64,000 bases of DNA, taken from the NCBI GenBank assembly GCA_047967505.1, contig CM106538.1, one strand, 5' to 3'. Below are positions 63,922 through 64,000 of the stretch, one piece after another. The DNA comes from Dipteris shenzhenensis (lineage: Eukaryota). The position numbers and the translations under genes are program-made. Position 1 is the first letter of the stretch, and every line of letters begins with the position of its first letter. The notes under the pieces were generated by a model that saw only the letters and a program-made list of their open reading frames with translations, was not told the DNA's origin and made no database searches.

Positions 63922-64000
63922 GACTTGGTAAGAAAAGGAGCTTGAGGATGAAATACCTGTAAGAAGGTGGCGGAAGCCAAAAAAACAGTCCCAAAGGAAA

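Larger units (their letters stand above)
58739..64000 (-). mobile_element. Near full-length L1-clade LINE; the 5' end is not resolved within the window
   Basis: ORF1 plus ORF2 (APE, RT, zf-RVT); A7 tail at 58739-58745 abutting (CA)n. Confidence 0.97.

Overview
Eukaryotic land-plant genomic DNA; a large-genome seed-free plant such as a fern is plausible, but that is inference. The one host gene I can support is the middle of PHYLLO, the fused phylloquinone (vitamin K1) biosynthesis gene. Nine GT-AG exons on the + strand (10742-57372) splice into an open 1851-nt frame covering most of MenD and the start of MenC. The gene extends beyond both window edges. Its large introns (12.2, 25.7 and 5.6 kb, plus the two edge introns) are packed with retroelements: a decayed Ty3/gypsy chromovirus, several Ty1/copia relics and many LINEs. 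The most striking pattern is two apparently microsatellite-targeting LINE systems side by side. (i) L1-clade elements: all 9 recognisable copies or stubs sit in (CA)n/(TG)n-type tracts in one polarity, most with a polyA|GT junction. (ii) RTEX-like elements: they are stacked head-to-tail at (GA)n/(TC)n tracts, share a 3' stem-loop with compensatory changes, and include an ORF1-only, non-autonomous-looking derivative. No RNA genes or CRISPR arrays were found. TE boundaries are approximate unless stated otherwise.
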